A stretch of DNA of 20,762 nt from Pseudomonadota bacterium. GTDB lineage: Bacteria > Bdellovibrionota > Bdellovibrionia > Bdellovibrionales > Bdellovibrionaceae. Where the stretch lies: assembly GCA_041178425.1 (NCBI GenBank), contig JBEGVH010000036.1, positions 1 through 20,762 of the forward strand, written 5' to 3'. Positions 17,364-20,762 of the stretch are shown one piece after another. The notes under the pieces were generated by a model. The model was not told the origin of the DNA, made no database searches, and saw nothing but the letters and a program-made list of their open reading frames with translations. Position 1 is the first letter of the stretch; every line of letters begins with the position of its first letter. Position numbers and translations under genes: made by a program.

Positions 17364-18800
17364 TTACCGACTACCACCATCGTAGGATCGACCAGACGAC
17401 GATCCCCCACAATAGGCAGGTGGGTCGTCTTTACAAACGGAACAAATTTCTTCTCTGGCCTCATCATACTGAGCAACAACAGAGGCGGCATCGCCAAAGG
17501 TCTGTAATTGAAAGGCCGACTGGTTGGTCTGAGCCTTGAGCTGTTCCATGTTGAGCTTCTGCTGGGCCTGCATATAGCTTGCTTGAGCCTCTTGATAGCG
17601 ATTTTGGTAGTCAACGACCGACTCTCTAATTTGCTGATCAGCCGTTTGAAGCTGCTGCAAGGCCAACTGCTGCTCGGCTTCACCACCCTTTTTAATATTA
17701 TCGATGTCTTTAGCAAGTTTATTGGGTATCTCAGCGAGTTCTTTGTTATAAATATCATTCTGAAGGTTCAGGGTGTTAATTTCTTTGCTCATACTATTCA
17801 TCTTGTTCTGAAAACCTTTGTATGCCGTTTGATAGACTCGAGTTTGAGTTTGCAAACATCGGTCGTATTGCGACTTAAGGCGAGAGTTGAAATAATTTTC
17901 TCGCTGCGCAAGATCGCGCTGGAATTTCTGACGTATTCTTTCTTGAGCTCTTATGTCAGAAGCCGCCGCAATTTCTGCCTCCGCTTTTTCTTTGAGCGCA
18001 AAAAATTCTTTCGTTACATCATCTTTTTGAGCAGTCATTTCGTCGGCGCACTTACCCACCGTTTCTGGGTATAAGGCCTGAGACTGGGATTGAAGAACCT
18101 CTTGCTCACCGATGAGCGTTGCTTTTTTCTTTTCGTTCTCATCGAGCTTTTCAATGATTCCTGCCGCCTTGATCTTGGCCTCTTCGCGGGCTTTTTCAAC
18201 GTCTGCGCTCACCTGCAAAGCCGCTTTCTTCGAATTAGCAACCTGTTGATAAAAATCTTTTTTAAGGTCAGCCATTTCTTTGCGTAACTCTTTAGCCTCG
18301 TTTTGTACATCCCGCTTGTAATCGCGGGCCTCTTTTTCGCCTTCAACGGCTTCACGACGGAGGTCTTTTAACTGTTGCTTCATTTCATCGCGAGTCGAAC
18401 TGGGTAAACATCGAAAACCCTGAGTTCCCGCAGCACCCGCCGTAGGGGCCATAAATCCACCCCCAAACAAAGAAGAGGACGCACCGGAGAGCACCGTTGA
18501 GAGGCCACCCCAGCCACCGCTCGAAGACCCATCTCCGCCCTCTTCATTACACTCTCGGGCTGCCTCTTCGCATCCAGCCGTCTTACACTTTTGCCTGAGT
18601 TCACTTTTCAGTTGCCGGTAATTAGACTCTGCTTCACTACAGCGTTGAATTTTTCGGTAGTTAGATTCATTGGGATTAGAAACCACGACAATCTGTCCAT
18701 TGGTCTGGGCGCTAGAAAACGGAATAACAAAAAACGAACCCCAAACACTTATAAGGATAAACAGCACATAGTTTTTATCTTTATGACTTGATGTTTTCAT
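17364..18800 (-). CDS. Hypothetical secreted protein: long coiled coil, Gly-rich segment, 10 Cys
   Basis: 478-aa ORF with a signal-peptide-like N-terminus (…FFVIPFSSA|QTN), a Q/E/K/A-rich heptad region, and its own putative promoter and terminator. Confidence 0.85.
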   Translation of the reverse strand: MKTSSHKDKNYVLFILISVWGSFFVIPFSSAQTNGQIVVVSNPNESNYRKIQRCSEAESNYRQLKSELRQKCKTAGCEEAARECNEEGGDGSSSGGWGGLSTVLSGASSSLFGGGFMAPTAGAAGTQGFRCLPSSTRDEMKQQLKDLRREAVEGEKEARDYKRDVQNEAKELRKEMADLKKDFYQQVANSKKAALQVSADVEKAREEAKIKAAGIIEKLDENEKKKATLIGEQEVLQSQSQALYPETVGKCADEMTAQKDDVTKEFFALKEKAEAEIAAASDIRAQERIRQKFQRDLAQRENYFNSRLKSQYDRCLQTQTRVYQTAYKGFQNKMNSMSKEINTLNLQNDIYNKELAEIPNKLAKDIDNIKKGGEAEQQLALQQLQTADQQIRESVVDYQNRYQEAQASYMQAQQKLNMEQLKAQTNQSAFQLQTFGDAASVVAQYDEAREEICSVCKDDPPAYCGGSSSGRSYDGGSR

Positions 18801-18830
18801 ACTCGTCTTCCCATCCTACCAATATTTGAA

Positions 18831-18847
18831 AGCAATGTAGAGACCAG
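18831..18847 (-). promoter_or_regulatory. Putative sigma54 (-24/-12) promoter
   Basis: Minus strand CTGGTCTCTACATTGCT has exact GG-N10-GC spacing with TGG and TTGCT (consensus TGGCACG-N4-TTGCW), 30 nt upstream of the ATG at 18800. Confidence 0.6.
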
Positions 18848-18856
18848 AATTGTCAC

Positions 18857-18895
18857 TTCAAAATGAAACAGGATCGATTGTTTCTAAATGAGACA
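18857..18895. promoter_or_regulatory. Tandem candidate regulator-binding sites
   Basis: TTCAAAATGAAACA (18857-18870) and TTCTAAATGAGACA (18882-18895) are 12/14 identical and 25 bp apart. The second forms TGT-N11-ACA (18879-18895). Confidence 0.45.
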
Positions 18896-18902
18896 TTGAA
18901 GA

Positions 18903-19104
18903 ACCTAACCTAACCAGTTCGCAATAAAACCAATTGGGGCGACAAACTCACTGGCTACAACGGAAGCCCCCTTGAGCAGGCTCATCATCCTCCAGTGTCT
19001 AGGGCTTTGACAAGAGACAAAAATCGTCAGCCAGGATGAGTAGCCACCCCCTGACTCACAAATTGATTGGAGACTAAACAGGCTTTGGTTAGCTTTTCTT
19101 AGGT
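18903..19104. ncRNA. Unidentified ~200-nt fold-back element, candidate structured RNA
   Basis: Nested complementary segments ACCTAA/TTAGGT, CTAACCA/TGGTTAG, CCAAT/ATTGG, GGGG/CCCC, TGGCTAC/GTAGCCA, TCATCCT/AGGATGA and GGCT..GAC/GTCAGCC. Confidence 0.45.
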
Positions 19105-19141
19105 CGACAGTTCTGGGGGAATCTGCGAAACCTTGAGACCT

Positions 19142-20641
19142 ATGAAAATAAGTACTTTTGTTTTATGGATTTCTTTTTTAACACTGATCTCGCTTTCGGC
19201 GAGTGCTTTTGATGCACAAGTGGTACAAGCCCGTCATACCATCGCTCGCCTCAAGCTCATCACGTCTAAAACTATTTGGGGAACGAACTTCGATCATCAA
19301 CACTTTTGTGAGAAACTTCATTCTTCTGCTATACAAATGGAAAAAATCCCTTACCGAGAACTTCTTCGGGTTTTAAGTGAGTCCGAAATCGAATCTATCA
19401 TCTCAACCTTTTTTGAAGCGCGAATCCATCTCAACCGGCAAATCAAAGAGCTCTATCGACTGAACCACCTCGATGCCAACTGCGCCAGAGCCTTTCGAAG
19501 TGTGATCGGAAAAATGACACCCATCGAAGACGCCTTCGCAGAAAAGGTGCTTCAACCCAGTCGCCGCATTGGGATTGCGCTCCGCGGGCACTTTCCTCAG
19601 ATGCTTGCCAACGAGGCGCAAGAAAAGTGGCAGCTTCGCTCTGGAGATCTCCTCCTCAGTCGAGGAGACACCTTTGTGAGTTCTGCCATTAGCAACATCG
19701 GTGACTACGATGGCCGGTTTTCGCACCTTGCCTTTGCCTATCAAGAACCCCTCTCGAAAGATTGGTATGCCGTTGAATCGCACATCGAGACCGGCTTGTC
19801 CGTCACGCCCCTAGAAACCTACATGAAGCAACCCAAAGTTAGAGTGTCGGTTTATCGCACGGAGATTGCCAAACTGGGTGAGACTGCCGCTGGCATTATT
19901 TTTCAAAAATGGCTAGACTCGCGTTCGAGCCCCAATCCAAAGCCTATACTTTATGACTTTCAGATGAATTCAAAAGACGAAAGCGAACTCTATTGCAGCG
20001 AAGTCATCTCCACGGGCATTCGACAAGCCTTATTTAGAATGGGCTTTCATGAATACGAAATCCCGCTCTTTACCACCAAAATTAATCCCGAAAAAACTCC
20101 GTTTTTAAGGCAACTGGGAATCGAATTTTTAGACGTCTTTACGCCCTCCGATATTGAAGTTGATCCTCGCTTTATACTTATGGCTGATTGGCGCAATCCA
20201 GAATTTACACCCAAAAGCCGCAACAGAGACCTTGTCATGAAGTCTATTTTTGGATGGATGAACACCGACGGCTACCAGTTGAAACCAAACTTATCTCAAG
20301 CCTTGTTTTCCTCTGGAGCATGGGCATTTAAAAAGCTCTTTGGAGACCAGCTAGAAACTACCAAGCGAATTCCCGAGAACATATCAGTCGATGCGATTAC
20401 AACGATCATTGATTTGGAATTTATCGGTGAAAAAATTTTAACGGCTCTCGAAGACTATCAATCCTACCAGGGGCGAAAACACGACCACCTCGTTTCAGAT
20501 CAAGAAAGTCTGGATTATCTGGAATTGCTCAAGAATTTGGATGCGAAAACGTTTTACAAAACTCCAAACGCGAAGAGTCTCATTCATGAATTTCTGAGGG
20601 CAGAAAATAAAAAAGTCCCAGAAAGCAACTCTGACTTATAA
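19142..20641 (+). CDS. Secreted YiiX/YebB-like permuted papain-like (NlpC/P60) cysteine hydrolase
   Basis: Signal peptide (…SASA|FD), LRSGDLLLSRG, FSHLAF (His), VESHIETG and YDFQM…ELYCSEVI (Cys after His, the permuted order). Confidence 0.85.
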   Translation: MKISTFVLWISFLTLISLSASAFDAQVVQARHTIARLKLITSKTIWGTNFDHQHFCEKLHSSAIQMEKIPYRELLRVLSESEIESIISTFFEARIHLNRQIKELYRLNHLDANCARAFRSVIGKMTPIEDAFAEKVLQPSRRIGIALRGHFPQMLANEAQEKWQLRSGDLLLSRGDTFVSSAISNIGDYDGRFSHLAFAYQEPLSKDWYAVESHIETGLSVTPLETYMKQPKVRVSVYRTEIAKLGETAAGIIFQKWLDSRSSPNPKPILYDFQMNSKDESELYCSEVISTGIRQALFRMGFHEYEIPLFTTKINPEKTPFLRQLGIEFLDVFTPSDIEVDPRFILMADWRNPEFTPKSRNRDLVMKSIFGWMNTDGYQLKPNLSQALFSSGAWAFKKLFGDQLETTKRIPENISVDAITTIIDLEFIGEKILTALEDYQSYQGRKHDHLVSDQESLDYLELLKNLDAKTFYKTPNAKSLIHEFLRAENKKVPESNSDL

Positions 20642-20762
20642 ACCCGAGTTTGTTAAGGTGGGTGGCCATGATAGCGACTTTAGGCTTCTCAGTTCGAGCT
20701 GAGCTTGCTCACCATTGCCAGGGACAGCCCCCGTACTTAGAACTTGTAGGGTTTATTACTCA
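20615..20762 (-). ncRNA. ssrS: 6S RNA (5' end lies beyond the window edge)
   Basis: Minus strand GGTGAGCAAGCTCAGCTCGAACTGAGAAGCCTAAA…CACCTTAAC…GGGTTTA parallels E. coli 6S as recalled (GGTGAGCATGCTCGGTCCGTCCGAGAAGCCTTAAA…CACCTTGAACC..GGGTTCA). The stem ATAAACCC/GGGTTTAT (20749-20756 with 20638-20645) closes a central bubble. The 3' end CTGGGAC is followed by TTTTTTATTTT. Confidence 0.85.

Noticed and set aside
17336..18074. 140-aa alternate-frame ORF (17336-17758) and 188-aa antisense ORF (17508-18074)
   Set aside because: Both are explained by the biased Q/E/K/A codons of the coiled-coil gene, and neither has independent expression signals that I could see.
18903..19104. Retron msr-msd, MITE or hammerhead interpretation of the fold-back
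   Set aside because: There is no reverse transcriptase or transposase in the window and no evident target-site duplication. CTGACGA on the minus strand lacks the partner GAAA core.
20688..20703. tRNA T-arm-like hairpin CTCAG-TTCGAG-CTGAG on the plus strand
   Set aside because: The loop is one base short and there is no cloverleaf. It is the complement of the 6S apical hairpin.
1..20762. CRISPR arrays, IS elements, prophage or defence genes
   Set aside because: I saw no regularly spaced repeats, and no transposase, integrase or phage-like ORFs.

Overview
This is a mostly core bacterial chromosomal segment. Gene content and protein style suggest a Bdellovibrionota-like organism, which is an inference and was not checked. 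From left to right it holds: a minus-strand operon of a degenerate RsbU/SpoIIE-type PP2C protein, citrate synthase and a HIT protein; a SirB1-like/TPR gene coupled to a DUF2817/M14 peptidase; a minus-strand run of polyprenyl synthase, MenA-like prenyltransferase, rsmJ and a lipoprotein M3 oligopeptidase, with a divergent hot-dog thioesterase; a PocR-like sigma54 activator; PBP1A coupled to a divergent UvrA; a secreted coiled-coil protein behind a sigma54-type promoter; and a secreted YiiX/YebB-like permuted NlpC/P60 enzyme. Two non-coding elements are missing from the ORF track. One is a recognisable 6S RNA on the minus strand, cut by the right edge and overlapping the end of the YiiX-like gene in antisense. 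The other is an unexplained ~200-nt fold-back at 18903-19104 that contains a 27-codon hydrophobic ORF, and it is the best novelty candidate. I saw no mobile elements, CRISPR arrays, tRNAs or rRNAs. All family calls come from motif recognition by eye, not from database searches.
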